From an uncultured Acidobacteriota bacterium (GTDB taxonomy: Bacteria; Acidobacteriota; Terriglobia; Terriglobales; Acidobacteriaceae): 64,000 bases of DNA. Of the stretch, positions 1 to 11,840 are shown in pieces (positions within the stretch are counted from its first letter, which is position 1; each line of letters begins with the position of its first letter). The translations under genes and the position numbers were made by a program. The DNA lies in the NCBI GenBank assembly GCA_963812485.1, contig CAWEVD010000013.1, positions 128,668-192,667 on the forward strand. Direction: 5' to 3'. The notes under the pieces are model-generated. The model searched no databases and had not been told where the DNA came from. It was given only the letters and a program-made list of their open reading frames with translations.

Positions 1-70
1 GACGCAGCTGGCACTCAACCTCAACCTTGACCGGCACGGCGCAATAATTACGGTCAACCAACTCGAATGC

Positions 71-112
71 AAACCCAGACGCACCGGTTCGTACAATGCA
101 CCGCGTCTGGGT
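71..112 (-). terminator. Probable intrinsic terminator of the TonB-dependent receptor gene
   Basis: 10-bp inverted repeat ACCCAGACGC (73-82) / GCGTCTGGGT (103-112) just past the stop at 121, with a short T run on the minus strand. Confidence 0.55.
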
Positions 113-120
113 AGCGCTGC

Positions 121-3100
121 CTAAAACCGATATCGGATCGCAAGTTGCATACGTCGCGCCGGCATGGCGCTTACGGCCTGTCCGAAGTTAGTGCTGGAGA
201 CGTTGCCCTGTACCGCGGATGCGCCGAGGAACTGTGCATGATTCAATAAATTGAATGTCTCCGCGCGGAATTCGACCACTCGGTTCTCATGTACATGAAA
301 GTCGCGTGAGATCGTGGCGTCGATACTCTCCATACCCGGGCCGGAGAAGAAGCGCCGCCGCGCGTTGCCCAGCGTGCCGAGCGCGGGCAAGCTGAACTGG
401 CTCGCGTCAAATACCGGCGCGCTGCCGCGCGGATTCAAATTCAGATGAAGCGCTTCGCCGCTCCACTCCGGCGCGTCCACCCCATTGTTGTTGATGCCGT
501 TCGGAATTGTGCCCAGCAGGGATGTGTCGTTGTTATTCAGAAGCGTGACGGGCAGGCCGGAAGTTAAGCGCGCGATTCCTGCGATTGCCCAGCCCGACGC
601 GATTACACGAAACGGTTCCTTGGAGGCCAGGGCAGGGACTTCGTAGCGGAAGCTCGCGACGCCATTGTGCCGCATATCGAATGCTGAGAGCCCGCGGCTG
701 AGCGATGGATCCACAGGGTTCACCGGTTCCGGCAATCCGGCCGACTGGTCGATCGATTTCGAATAAGTGTAGCTGACCAGGAATTGAACTGTTCGGACGC
801 GATGATTCAACGCGGCCTCCAATGCGTTGTAGCCTGCATTGGCGATGGTCCGTTGCAACTCGACGCTTCCGAAGGCCGGTCCGAATTGCGTCCTCGCGGC
901 CTGCTCATTAAATGGACCGCATGCCGATCCCAGGGACAGACAAAGGGACGGATCCGCGGGATTCGCCTCCTCCAATACCAGGAGATGATGCGACCCTGCC
1001 CCCACGTAGCTCACAGTCAGCAGAGTCGATCCGGCAAATTGCCGCTCCAGGCTCGCCATCCAGTGCTCTGCATACGGGGTGACATCACGCGGGTCGACGG
1101 CGGGAATGCCGACAAGCGGCTCAAACTGACTCCAATCCACACTCGAGTTGGGATTGGCCCGGCTGGCGCCATACGCCACCTTCTGCAGCGGGAACCGCTG
1201 TCCTGCATCCACCCCCGTTGCCGCTACCGTGAACGGCGAATCAAACAACGGCGGCGCGGCCGAAGTGTACGTGTATCCATACGGCGGATTCGCGCTCATG
1301 ATGCCTGCAGACAGTCCTTCGTAGGCGGTGTAGAACATTCCGTATCCCAACCGCACGCTCGTCTGTCCTGCTGCTCCGATGACTTTGCGCGTCCAACCTG
1401 CATCCGGCGCCGGCGACCACGCAATTCCGATCCGCGGCGCAAAGTTGTTATGCGCACTTGCCAGGGAACTGGGTACGCCGGTATCGCCAGGAAACACGAG
1501 ACCCTGTGGAGCATCGGGAAATACCTGCGACTGAGCGCCTTTCACCAGGGTCTGCAATTGGTTGAACTTCTCGCTCCAGGGGCGAATACGATCCCACCGT
1601 ACGCCGTAGTTCACCGTGAGCCGGTCGGCGGCCTTCCAGCTGTCCTGAACAAAGGCGGCCAGGTAGAGATTGCGGTTATAGAAATTGCGCGCCTGCCCCT
1701 GCGTGTAACTGGAGGGCACGCCCAGGAGGAAGTCGGCAAAGTCGCTCCCCGTTTCCGAACCAGTGAAGCCGAAGCTGCCGTTAAACACGACATCGGGATG
1801 AGTGTTGATCTGGTTCACGTGCATTTCGCCGCCGAACTTCAGGCCGTGCTTTCCCAGGATGCGCGAAAACGCATCGCTGGTCTCGTAGATGTTCTCCGCC
1901 TGCACCAGGGCAGTGGTATCCACGCCCATTGTGAAGTCGTTGAATGCGACATTCGCAATGCCTTCGGTTGAGGGTTTTAGCGGAATAATCCCGGTGAACC
2001 CCTGGGATGCCAGCGAAGGTCCTACACCGCCTTTCGGTTGTCCCACCGCATTGTGGTTGCGCATGAAGCTCAGGTGGAACTCGTTCAGGGCTGCAGTGCC
2101 AAAGGTGATCATGTGCCCCAGGCTGAACAGCTGGGCGCGCCCGTCCGAGGTAGCATCGAAGCCCGGCACGCTGGCGCCGCCCGTTCCCGTCGGATACGGA
2201 TGATCCAACCAGTAATCATCAAGAAAGTAATAAGCGGTGAGCGTGCCTTTTCCGTGCGTCCAGTCGGCGCGTAGCGCACCCTTGTTATCTTGAAGTCTCT
2301 CGGATTCTTGAGAAGTGGCAAACACGGCCGGTCCCGCGTTAGGCGCTGGAACGAAAGCCAGCAGGAACTTCGCCGGCGCTGACCACGCCGATTGCGGAAT
2401 ATTCCCGTCGGCAAATACCTGGGCATACGATTCGCCGGCCGTCACCGGCCGTCCGAGGCGAGACGAAAGCAATGATGCCAGGTAACTCCCGCTCACATTT
2501 CCGGTCAGCGGCGCATCGCGGAAATCACCGGTGCGCTGGGCCGTCGTCGGCACCGCGATGTTACCCGTGTCAATGCCCTCTGTGAGCTGCGTTCCCTGGT
2601 AGTCGCCGAATAGCGTCAGGCCTTTGCCATGAAACGGCGTGCCGCCCAACGTACCGCCGAACTGGTTTTGCCGGTAAGCTGCCCGCTCCTGCGAGAAGTA
2701 ATTCCGCGCATCGAAGGCAGTGTTGCGCAGGAATTCGAATGCCGACCCATGCAGATTCGCCGTGCCGGCCTTGGTTGCCACAAGGATCTGGCCGCCGCTC
2801 GAGTTCCCGTATTCGGCGTCAAAGTTGGAGGTCAGCACGCGAAAGCTGTCGATCGCGTCCAGGTTGGGGACGATCGACGTGCCCATATTGACGTCCTCTT
2901 CCACGTCGCTTCCATTGACGCGAAAGCCGTTCGACGTCTCCCGCTGCCCACTGATAGACAGGTTGCCAGGATTTGCGTCGCCGGAGGGCGGCGTCGACGC
3001 CACACCGGTCATGATGACCGCTCCTGGTTGTGCGGTGTTCTGGGGAACGATGCCCGGCTGGACGGCCATGAGATCGGTGAAGCTGCGACCGTTCAGCGGC

Positions 3101-3570
3101 AGGCTGTCGATCTTCGTGGTGTCGAGGACCTCGCCTAGTTGCGTGCTTGTGGTTTCGGCGGCCAGTGCATCGGCGGTTACTTCGACCGACTGGGTGCTGC
3201 CGGCAACCATCATCGTGACGTCCACATTTTCTGACAGGTGGCCCGAGGTCAGCGTTACTTCGGACGCAACGGAGACGAAGCCCTCCGCTTCGACGAGAAC
3301 CCGGTAGGTGCCTGGGTCCTCTAACTGGACACGGAAGTTCCCTTCGGCATCCGATCTCACATTCTGAACCGCGCTTCCGCTGGAGGTCAGGACGCTGACC
3401 AGCGCCCCTGGAACGACTGCGCCGCTTGGATCATGCGCGGTGCCCGTGACTGCAACGGGCTCCCCGGCCCGGAGCCGGATCGGGAAAGCAACTGAAAATA
3501 AAAGCATTGCACTCCATAACAAGACTTTCACTGCAAAATCCTCTCGGGTCTCACGGGGATGTAAATGCAT
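121..3570 (-). CDS. TonB-dependent receptor, Oar-like, with carboxypeptidase regulatory-like N-domain
   Basis: 1149-aa ORF with signal peptide, DPSGAVVPGA N-domain, LPLNGRSF, FDAEYG and HGSAFEFLRN motifs, C-terminal ..RYRF. The true start may be slightly downstream. Confidence 0.93.
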   Translation of the reverse strand: MHLHPRETREDFAVKVLLWSAMLLFSVAFPIRLRAGEPVAVTGTAHDPSGAVVPGALVSVLTSSGSAVQNVRSDAEGNFRVQLEDPGTYRVLVEAEGFVSVASEVTLTSGHLSENVDVTMMVAGSTQSVEVTADALAAETTSTQLGEVLDTTKIDSLPLNGRSFTDLMAVQPGIVPQNTAQPGAVIMTGVASTPPSGDANPGNLSISGQRETSNGFRVNGSDVEEDVNMGTSIVPNLDAIDSFRVLTSNFDAEYGNSSGGQILVATKAGTANLHGSAFEFLRNTAFDARNYFSQERAAYRQNQFGGTLGGTPFHGKGLTLFGDYQGTQLTEGIDTGNIAVPTTAQRTGDFRDAPLTGNVSGSYLASLLSSRLGRPVTAGESYAQVFADGNIPQSAWSAPAKFLLAFVPAPNAGPAVFATSQESERLQDNKGALRADWTHGKGTLTAYYFLDDYWLDHPYPTGTGGASVPGFDATSDGRAQLFSLGHMITFGTAALNEFHLSFMRNHNAVGQPKGGVGPSLASQGFTGIIPLKPSTEGIANVAFNDFTMGVDTTALVQAENIYETSDAFSRILGKHGLKFGGEMHVNQINTHPDVVFNGSFGFTGSETGSDFADFLLGVPSSYTQGQARNFYNRNLYLAAFVQDSWKAADRLTVNYGVRWDRIRPWSEKFNQLQTLVKGAQSQVFPDAPQGLVFPGDTGVPSSLASAHNNFAPRIGIAWSPAPDAGWTRKVIGAAGQTSVRLGYGMFYTAYEGLSAGIMSANPPYGYTYTSAAPPLFDSPFTVAATGVDAGQRFPLQKVAYGASRANPNSSVDWSQFEPLVGIPAVDPRDVTPYAEHWMASLERQFAGSTLLTVSYVGAGSHHLLVLEEANPADPSLCLSLGSACGPFNEQAARTQFGPAFGSVELQRTIANAGYNALEAALNHRVRTVQFLVSYTYSKSIDQSAGLPEPVNPVDPSLSRGLSAFDMRHNGVASFRYEVPALASKEPFRVIASGWAIAGIARLTSGLPVTLLNNNDTSLLGTIPNGINNNGVDAPEWSGEALHLNLNPRGSAPVFDASQFSLPALGTLGNARRRFFSGPGMESIDATISRDFHVHENRVVEFRAETFNLLNHAQFLGASAVQGNVSSTNFGQAVSAMPARRMQLAIRYRF

Positions 3571-3605
3571 ACCCGTCCCATTAATCGGTATGAAATCAGA
3601 CTGTT

Positions 3606-3630
3606 TTAGTCGTACTTAATATACGACAAA
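3606..3630. promoter_or_regulatory. Palindromic operator candidate upstream of the TonB-dependent receptor
   Basis: GTCGTA-N7-TACGAC (3609-3627) in an AT-rich intergenic stretch. Confidence 0.45.
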
Positions 3631-4091
3631 TTAAGTCCGATATTTTTTAAGTGATTTGGATCACGTCAGTCGATTATCGAAGCGACCTATGACCGGGAAT
3701 CCAACGAGTGATTTCGCTACTTGGCAAACCGCCGTCCGGACCGCAGCAGCGTTGGCGGCCTCAGTGGTGGCGATGGTCTTGGTGCAGGGAACCGCGGCGG
3801 GTCTCTCGACTCGAGGCGCATGCGATCGATGAGTTCGTCGCTGGTACTGTTCTGAACCTCGGCTGGTCTTCAACAAGACCGTGGTTTTGCCGTGCCACCC
3901 AGCAATTGGAGCGCAGGCGACTCGTCAGCCGTGTCCAACCTCGGACGGCCCAATCCGGATCAATATCGAACCTCAATGAGCAGCTGTCAACGAAATCCCA
4001 CTCTACTGCGTCGGCTAATTCCAAACCGAAGGTTCCGCCGAGAGTGTAGGGAGTGGAGAAGAAACTACAAAGTTCTTATTCCCATCTCTGC

Positions 4092-4715
4092 TCACAGTGG
4101 CAAGCGTTTTCGTCCACGAATGTAGCTGGAATTGATTCGCTTGCGGCATACATAGGACTTAGATGGCGTCTGGTTACCGCTGTAGGAAGGCCGGAAACTT
4201 ATAACGTTGTCCCAGTAGAATCCGCGGCCGTTTGCGTAAGTCCTGGCCCTAACGTCAACGTAATGATCGCTAACCCTGACAACGAGGAAGTTGTTGGAAC
4301 CGGTGCTTTGATCGCAATAATCGGCTCGATAGGACCCACCGCTCCGCCGAAAAATTGTCCAATTTGCGATGAGAGGCCGGTTGATCGGCGGGAAGAATGT
4401 CTCCGGAACCGATAGTCTCCCAGGGAGACTCGAGATAATGCAGATGTCCGGAAACCATTCCGATGACATTGTGGTTTTTGATCACCTGCCAAAAATCGTG
4501 ATAGTCGCTTGTCGACCATTCCTGCTGACCGACGTTTTTGAGGTTGTAGTGTTGAAACAGAATCACCGGCCGGTTGCTGTTTCCGACATAGTAGGCGAGA
4601 TCGCGCGCGAGCCACAGCAGTCATTCGTCCCGCCGGCGTGTACTTAAAATTCTGATATCCGCCCCAGTTATTCAGCATGACCAGGTGAACGCCTGCCAAT
4701 CCCAGGAGTAGTGCT
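4092..4715 (-). pseudogene. C-terminal half of a calcineurin-like metallophosphoesterase, frameshifted and 5'-truncated
   Basis: Joining frames gives HYSWDWQ/GVHLVMLNNWGG..WLARDLAYYVGNSNRPVILFQHY..VIGMVSGHLH..FLVVRVSD. GHxH motif present; N-terminal DxH/GD/GNHD motifs not found. Confidence 0.6.
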
Positions 4716-5109
4716 GTTCTTTCGTGCCGACTCGCCGTCAGTCGCGACGGCCGCAACCTGACTTACTCGCAAATCCATTTCCACGGCATCGACCTCGACA
4801 TAGTGCGCCGGTTCCAATAGCGTTGAGCGGCCTTCGATTAACAGAATGCCCATGGTGGAGCAGAATCCGTTGCCGGTAGAAGGTCAAGGCATGAATTCGA
4901 TATAGAGCCTCTTGTCGGCCGCGGTCTCTTCGCGAGCTGACAAGCGTGCCCGAATGTATCCATCGGCTGTGGCGTGCCTCGCGATTGTGGAACGCAGCTT
5001 CCTGATGGCGAATGCGGAGTGCTGGTGGCCGAGAGGGCCTTTCGGTATTCGATGATAGGAAGGAGAAGCGACAAACTCCGAAGACGACTCAGCTTCCGAG
5101 GTTTGTCCG

Positions 5110-6030
5110 TCAGCCTTCCGGAACCCCGGCCTTACGAAAGACAGCAAGTGAGCTATCGAGGCCGGCTTTCGCGGCTGCTTCCGGTGTCATGTCTTTCGTT
5201 CGCCCGAAAACTTCCACGCTCAGCGCATCGTTGTAGTGGATGCTTTGGAGCGCCTGCAAGAAGCCGGTCAAGTTGATGACACCTTCGCCGGGTAGCAGGC
5301 GCTGATTATCGTGGATCTGCTCTGGAGGCAAGTTCGGGGAGTCATTGAAATGGACGTGCACGATGCGATCGCGGCCGGCGGCGACGATGTCCTCGGGAGT
5401 GGCTCCTGCATGGTGCCAGTGCCAGGAATCGAGCAGCAGTCCGACGTTGGGACCACATTCTTTGGCGAACGCGAGCATATCGTTCATGCGCCAAATGAAT
5501 TCGTATTTGTACGCTTTGCGCAGTTCGAGCGGACCTAGAAACTCGAGGCCTAGGCGGACGTTGGAACGGGCCAAAATGCGGGCGCTTTCTGTAAACCGCT
5601 GCTTATAGGTTTGGCGCAGTTCGTCTTTTGGCGTATCGCTCGACGGCATGATGTACGTGATCATGCGCGGGCAGTGGATAGCGGCAGCGAACCGGGCGGC
5701 TGCGTCGAGCTGGGTGAGCGAGGCATTAAAGGTTGCGTCGTCTTTGCGGAATTCGACCGGAAAATCGATGACGGCTGGCCTGATCTTAAGGCCGGCAAGC
5801 AGGTCGTTGGTTGCGCTGACGCCGGCTTGCATGGCCGGGCCTAGCATGATGTCCGTGCCGGGAAAGCCAATTGTGGCGGCCAGGCGCGCGAAGTCAGGCC
5901 AGTGAACACGACCTTGCAACAGGACGCTGTTCAGGGAGAGGAACATGTTGCGCTCGCCCGCGAAAGCTCTGGAGAGCGAGGCAGCGGCAAGCAGCTTACC
6001 AAACGATCGTCTGGATATCAAATAAGCCAC
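5110..6030 (-). CDS. Sugar phosphate isomerase/epimerase (xylose isomerase-like TIM barrel), Tat-exported
   Basis: SRRSF twin-arginine signal after GTG 6030; LEFLG, LLDSWHW, HVHFND, LPGEG and SVEVF metal-site motifs. Confidence 0.88.
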   Translation of the reverse strand: MAYLISRRSFGKLLAAASLSRAFAGERNMFLSLNSVLLQGRVHWPDFARLAATIGFPGTDIMLGPAMQAGVSATNDLLAGLKIRPAVIDFPVEFRKDDATFNASLTQLDAAARFAAAIHCPRMITYIMPSSDTPKDELRQTYKQRFTESARILARSNVRLGLEFLGPLELRKAYKYEFIWRMNDMLAFAKECGPNVGLLLDSWHWHHAGATPEDIVAAGRDRIVHVHFNDSPNLPPEQIHDNQRLLPGEGVINLTGFLQALQSIHYNDALSVEVFGRTKDMTPEAAAKAGLDSSLAVFRKAGVPEG

Positions 6031-6077
6031 GCGCAATCGATCATACCCGAGTAATATGGCGTTGAGGAGGCGGAAAC

Positions 6078-7236
6078 ATGAACAGACGAGAGATGCTGGC
6101 CACCACGGGTGGTGCGACGCTTGCGGCACTTTGCATTCCGAAGCTCATAAAGGCCGAGGCACCAGCGAGCCGGGTTGCGATCGTGCCTTGCCGCGATTAC
6201 GCGCAATATGGGCAGCAACTCTCGAGCGCCTTCGATCAGATCGGCGGGATCGAGAAATTAGTGCGCGGAAAAACCGTTGCTCTCAAGCTCAATCTCACGG
6301 GGAATCCGAAGAACTTTCCGCTGACGCCTGAGCTTCCCTATCGGACGAATCCGCAGTCGGTGGCGGCGACGGTGCATCTGTTTGCCAAGGCGGGTGCGCG
6401 GCGCGTTCGCATGATTGAAAGCTTCTTTCCGGCCGATCAGGATCTCTCGTTGTGGGCACGCTACGGCCTCGACGTAAACGCGATTAACAACATGGGCGTG
6501 CCGGTGGTTTGGGAAAACGTGCAGAACCTGGGTAACTACAAGCAATATGTGCGGATGAAGGTGCCCTGGGGCGGGTACGCCTATCCGGCATACCACCTGA
6601 ACCCGGCGTTCTATCAGTGCGACGTATACGCTTCAATGGCGAAGCTGAAGAACCATTGGATTGCGGGCGTGACCATGACGATGAAGAACAACTTCGGCAA
6701 CACGCCCTGCTCGCTCTATGGCGGGGACTGCGGACCTAGCGGTAACGAGCGCCCGACGAAAGAGCGCGGACAAGTGCTGCACGACGGAACGACGCCCGCG
6801 CCCTCGGGAGTCGATGCCGAGTTGCATCCTGATTCGCCGCGCGATCCGGGCTATCGGGTTCCGCGCATTCTGGTTGATCAGAACGGTATTCGGCCAATTG
6901 ACTATCGCGATCGTGGATGGCGTCGAGACGGTGCGGGGAGGGGAAGGTCCGTGGCTTCCTGGCCTGGAAAAGATGACACCGGGCGTGATCATTGCCGGCC
7001 GTAACGCCGTCTGCGTGGACGCTGTCGGAATGGCAGTGATGGGCTACGATCCGTATGCCGAGCGTGGGACTTCTCCGTTCATCCGAGGCGACAATTCGCT
7101 GCGTCTTGCCGAAGAAGCCGGGATCGGAACACGGGACCTGAAGCGTATCGAAGTCGTCGGACTTTCGATTAAGGACGCTCACATCAATTTCGGACCTGGC
7201 GCGGTTGGTAAGAAGCTGAGCGAATTGAATTCATAG
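6078..7236 (+). CDS. DUF362 family protein, Tat-exported (frameshift near 6900)
   Basis: MNRREML Tat signal; VALKLNL, KLKNH..GVTMTMKNNFG; continues in the 6718-7236 frame with IVDGV..GGEGP, VCVDAV..MGYDP. Confidence 0.82.
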
Positions 7237-7381
7237 CAATCTGCCGCGAAATTGAACTAGAACTCTACTCGAAACGTGGATCCCTGCGCTGCTCCGGGAG
7301 CACTACGACAAGGTAGCTATACAGACAAGTGGATTGCCGCTGCGAACTGCGCCCCAATGGCTTTCCTGGACTCGTGCACTC

Positions 7382-10300
7382 TCATCGGATCGCAAACGCC
7401 TGCTTCCCGGTCCAGTCCGGAACGGAATTCACAAGCAGGTCAGTGCTGGTGGGAATTCGGTATGACCATGAACTTCACATTGAAGCCAACGCTCTGCGTG
7501 TAGTAATCCCGCGCGTTGCTGGCGGTTGCGAAAATATCAATATATACATGTGGAGAAATGCGACGGCCCATTCGGATATCGGCGTCGTAGTTGGGTGTCG
7601 TGCTGCTCGTTGATGGATAGGTCCGAGGAGAAACGACGGTGGGATGGGGCGAGATCGGATAAAAGGGCGACGCGTCCTGCTGAAGATACTGCATCCCTCC
7701 GCTGAATTTGATTTGGTACTCGAACCGTGGTTTGTGGGCATACCAGGAAATCGGTATGGACGCCAGGTAGTACTGTTGCGGGCTGAAGTATCCTCCCTGG
7801 CCAAAGGAGAAGAAATTCAAGTTTTTTTCATAGTGCATGCCGGTGACATTTACACCGAGGGTGAGGCCTTGCACTGCTTGCCAATATAAGCCTGCATTGC
7901 CTGCCGCGCTCCAGTTGTTGGGTACGTGCAGCCCTTGGATCAGCGAGAAACTGACCGTGGCGTATTCGCCAATGGTTTTGTAGAAGAGGTTGGATGAGGG
8001 AGCGGAATCGAACCTTGAAGTAGCGGTGTTGGAGATAACTCCTCCCCACCGAATGTCGGTGACCGGGTCGTGTGCGCCGGCATAAGAAAGCAAGCTGTCC
8101 TTGACGCTGTCGCGTATGCCTAGAAGCGTGAACCATCCATTGTGAGGCCGAAAGCGGACTCCGCCAATCAGTGTATGAACCGGGAAGCCGTGCGGAGAGC
8201 TCCCCACCATCAGTCCGAATGTATTCGTCGACAATTCGGCGATGGCGCTATAACCGACGCCGGACTGTTCGCCGAACGCTGTTTTCGCGGGTAACGTACC
8301 GAACATCAAATTCGAACTTCCATTCGACGTCCCGGCGGAGGCGTAGACGGCGTGTCCCTCAACTCCAAACCGCACCCGGTCGGAGGCAGTGTATGCTGTT
8401 CCCAGAACGGTATCAGCAATAATAAGCTGGCTAAACCCCGGAACTCCAATCCTTCCTGCCCCTGTCCCTCCGGTGCCGATCACAGGAGTATTGCGGTTTT
8501 CCACGGCATCGACCTCATCCTGCATCTGTTGTTCCTGCTCCTGTTTCTGGGCCCGACCGCTCGAAATCCGGCCACCCGTTTCCTCTTCCCCCGAACGCTC
8601 ATTACGCGAGACCGTGAATACCAGGCTGATTGGCTTGATGAGCGCAGTGCTTGCGGTGGTATGCACCCCCTTTGGCCTGCATGGAGTGGTCGATTGCAGA
8701 AAGTTCGCGGGCAGGCTGGAGCCATCGTGAACGGCGAGAAGGCTGCCGCCATCGGCATCCTCCCGGAGATTCTGCAACGGCAGGGACTTGGCCTGAGACG
8801 CTGACGAATCCTGCTCGTGAATGGCCAGCAAAGCTGATCTCAATTCACGCTCTCCTGCGTCGTAGTCTCCACGTGCGATATCTTGCCTGGCTTTCATGTG
8901 CATCAGTTCCGGATCATTCGGAAAACAATAGAGCCCCTGACGCAGAAAGTGGTCGGCCAGATCAGTCTTGTGGACGGATAGAGCCGTTCCAGCCGCGACG
9001 CGGAAGTCTCCCGCCTGGGCTCCTTCCATTCCCCAGGTTCGGAACACCTCGAGTGCCTCCTGTTTCTGGTGCCGTTTCAGATAGAGCGAAGCCAATGTGT
9101 AGTGGATATTGCGATCGCCGGGATACTCGTGTCCTGCATTGCTGAGAATTGAAAAGGCATCTTGCGGATTGGTCACGAAAGCGCGCTCGGCGCGGCGCAC
9201 GCTCAAGGTCGAATAGAGCTCTCTAATCGCGTCGCGCTGCTTTGAGGTGACGTCGGTCCGTCTTTTGTCGTTGAACAAGAGATCACCGAGGCCCGGCTCA
9301 TCTACGGAGACGGCAAGCATGGTCCATGCAAGCTGGATGTCAAGATCGGCGGGCGGATCTTTGCTCTGCCTTGTATAGCGCAGACGTGCTGCCCGCAAAA
9401 GCGGAAGAGCATTTTGAGGCTGGCCCGCAATTGAGTACGCGCTGGCCTCAAGAATCAGAAAGCTCGGGTCCGTTTCAAGCTGAGTGCGAACGGCGGTCGG
9501 TATCTGTGGGATTTCATTCATAAGCACCCGATCGGCCCGCTGTTGGTGCAGCGCAACGAGAAAGCCGCGCCATGCACCCGCGGAATTCGCGTTTTTCCGA
9601 ACGATGTCGCGATAGAGATCCTGCGCATCGACGTAGTTGCGTTCGCGCATCCAGATGTCTGCCAATTGGAGCCGCGTGCCTTCAGCAGGCTGGCGTCCTG
9701 CCACTTGATCCAAAGTCAGCGAGCGGTTCAAGAAATCTTCCGCATCCTGACATCGTCCCTGGGTCGAGAAGAGAACGGCAACCGAGTCAAGAAACCCCGC
9801 ATGTGTCGACGCCAGATCATAGGAACGCTGTGACATGGAGCGCACCGAGGTTATTGCCTGTGAGAAATCGCCAATGCGGGTATATGCACCGATTAACCCT
9901 TCCCAACCACTCGGGTTATCTGGATGAGTCATTGTTGCATGCCTGTAGATCTCGATGGCACGCCCGGTTTCATTTCGATCCATAAATGCACCGGCTATGT
10001 TAAGACGAAAGCTGAGTGCGTCGTCGCTATCGGAGCTCTTCGCGATCTCCAACGCCCTGTGTAGCAACTGATCGCCCTCGCCGGACTGGTTTGCTTCGTA
10101 GTAGACAAGCGCCATTTCCGAGAGGTAGTCGGAACGGGCCTCCATCCGCAGCTTCAGCACCGGAGGAATTTGGTGCGATGTCTCGACGGCAGCTTTAGGA
10201 TCCTTTCCCCCGACCTGTGCCTGAATCAGGGCGAGCCAGCTTGATTCGTCATTGGCATTTGCCGCGGTTAACTGAGCGTATATCCTGGCGGCCGCACGAA

Positions 10301-11825
10301 AATCGCCGGCGTGTTCAGACGCGTTGGCCAATCCCAGCAGCGCGTCTCTGTCATCGGGATTCAGCAAGAGAGCCTGTTGATATCTACCAATCGCATCCTT
10401 GGGCCGATTGTGATTCAGCGCCTCAACCGCCAGGTTCATAACACCCCAGAATTTCGCGTTGTGATAGCCTTCCTCGACATCCTTTCGTGCAGGATCAAGC
10501 TTGCGCGCCTCCGCAAAGAGTTTCTCAGCTTCGTCGAATTTACCCTCGTTCAGCCACACGAATCCTAGTCCAGCCATTGCGTCAGTGTCGTTCGACGCTT
10601 GACTCAAGACTTGTTGGAAGTTCGGTGCCGCCTCAGCAAATTTGCGTTCACCCACCAGGGCATTCGCCATCCCCAACAAGGCTCCGTTATCCTTCGGCCG
10701 CAGGGTCAGCGCCTCCTTATATGCCACGATGGCAGCGTCAAGTTGGTTGTGTTGTTCGGCTGCTGCTCCACGCTCGATTGCCAGCCAGAATCTCGCGGCC
10801 TCATACCCATCGCGAACGTCCTGTCTTTGAGGGGAGAGCGTGCGCGCATGATCAAAAAGGTTGAGAGCTTCGCTGAATTTCTCTTGGTTGAGGCGAACAT
10901 AACCCATTCCGGTAATGGCATTCGCATTATTGGGCGACTGACGGAGAACCTTGGTAAAACTTGCCTCGGCCGTCTCCAGATCGTTGCTTCGAAGGGCCTT
11001 GAAGGCGCGCTCATTGTCGGCAGAAGCTAGGTCCTCTAGCTGTTTGGTGTGAAAACCTGCCGCGATCGACTGCAAGTCGGGATCTGAATAGTGTCGAAGA
11101 TAGGCTTCGATGGGCGCCAATGCATCGGGGTTCTTCTCCTCCCACAGCAGCGCCTGGCGCCACTGAACCCGGGCTTGCTCTACCGTGCCAGGATCCTTGA
11201 TCGACTCGAACATATGGAGCCCGTCCATGCGCGTTTTAGGATCATAGGTGAGCACGGTGGCCAGCCACACGCGATACTCGTCCTGGTTCGGATTCGTTGC
11301 GCAGAGCTGGCGGAGCTGGGAGATCGCCCTTTCTCTGCCGCCGGTGCTCGCAGCTTCAGTTTCGTAGAATGGTTCGGCCCACTTGCCCGGGGGTGGCTGC
11401 TGCTCGCCAAGAACCTCACGATAGATGTTCATGGCTTCGTCGGGCTGGTGCTTCATCGAGAGCCGCCCTGCTTCGTCGAGCCGATTCCGTTCTTCGGGCG
11501 TAAACACGCGCATTGTTTCGACGGCCTCAATCGTGTGGTCGCGAGGATCAATCCTCCGCAAGCGATCGAGGTACGAACGTTCTTCTTCGGCTTGACCGTT
11601 CTGTTTGGCGCTGCGCGCCAGACCTGCGAGAGCTTCTGTCTGATTGCGATCGACCAGCAAGACCTTGCGCCAGTTCTGAACCGCCAGATCGATGCGGCCT
11701 CGCAACTCGAGGGAGCGTGCTTTCGCGAGCAGGATGTCGACTCCGCCTGCTGTCTGTGACGGCGCGGATCCGGCCACTAGCAATGCCATCGCCAACAATA
11801 GATTGAAGCGAATGAATGGTGTCAT
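7382..11825 (-). CDS. bcsC: Cellulose synthase outer-membrane export subunit BcsC (TPR repeats + beta-barrel)
   Basis: 1461-aa ORF with many TPRs, VKDSLLSYAG..DP..WGGV and FSFGQGGYFSPQQY motifs. A probable frameshift near 7460 extends the C-terminus to ..VPDWTGKQAFAIR* at 7382. Confidence 0.9.
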
Positions 11826-11840
11826 TGCAATCAGCCTCGG

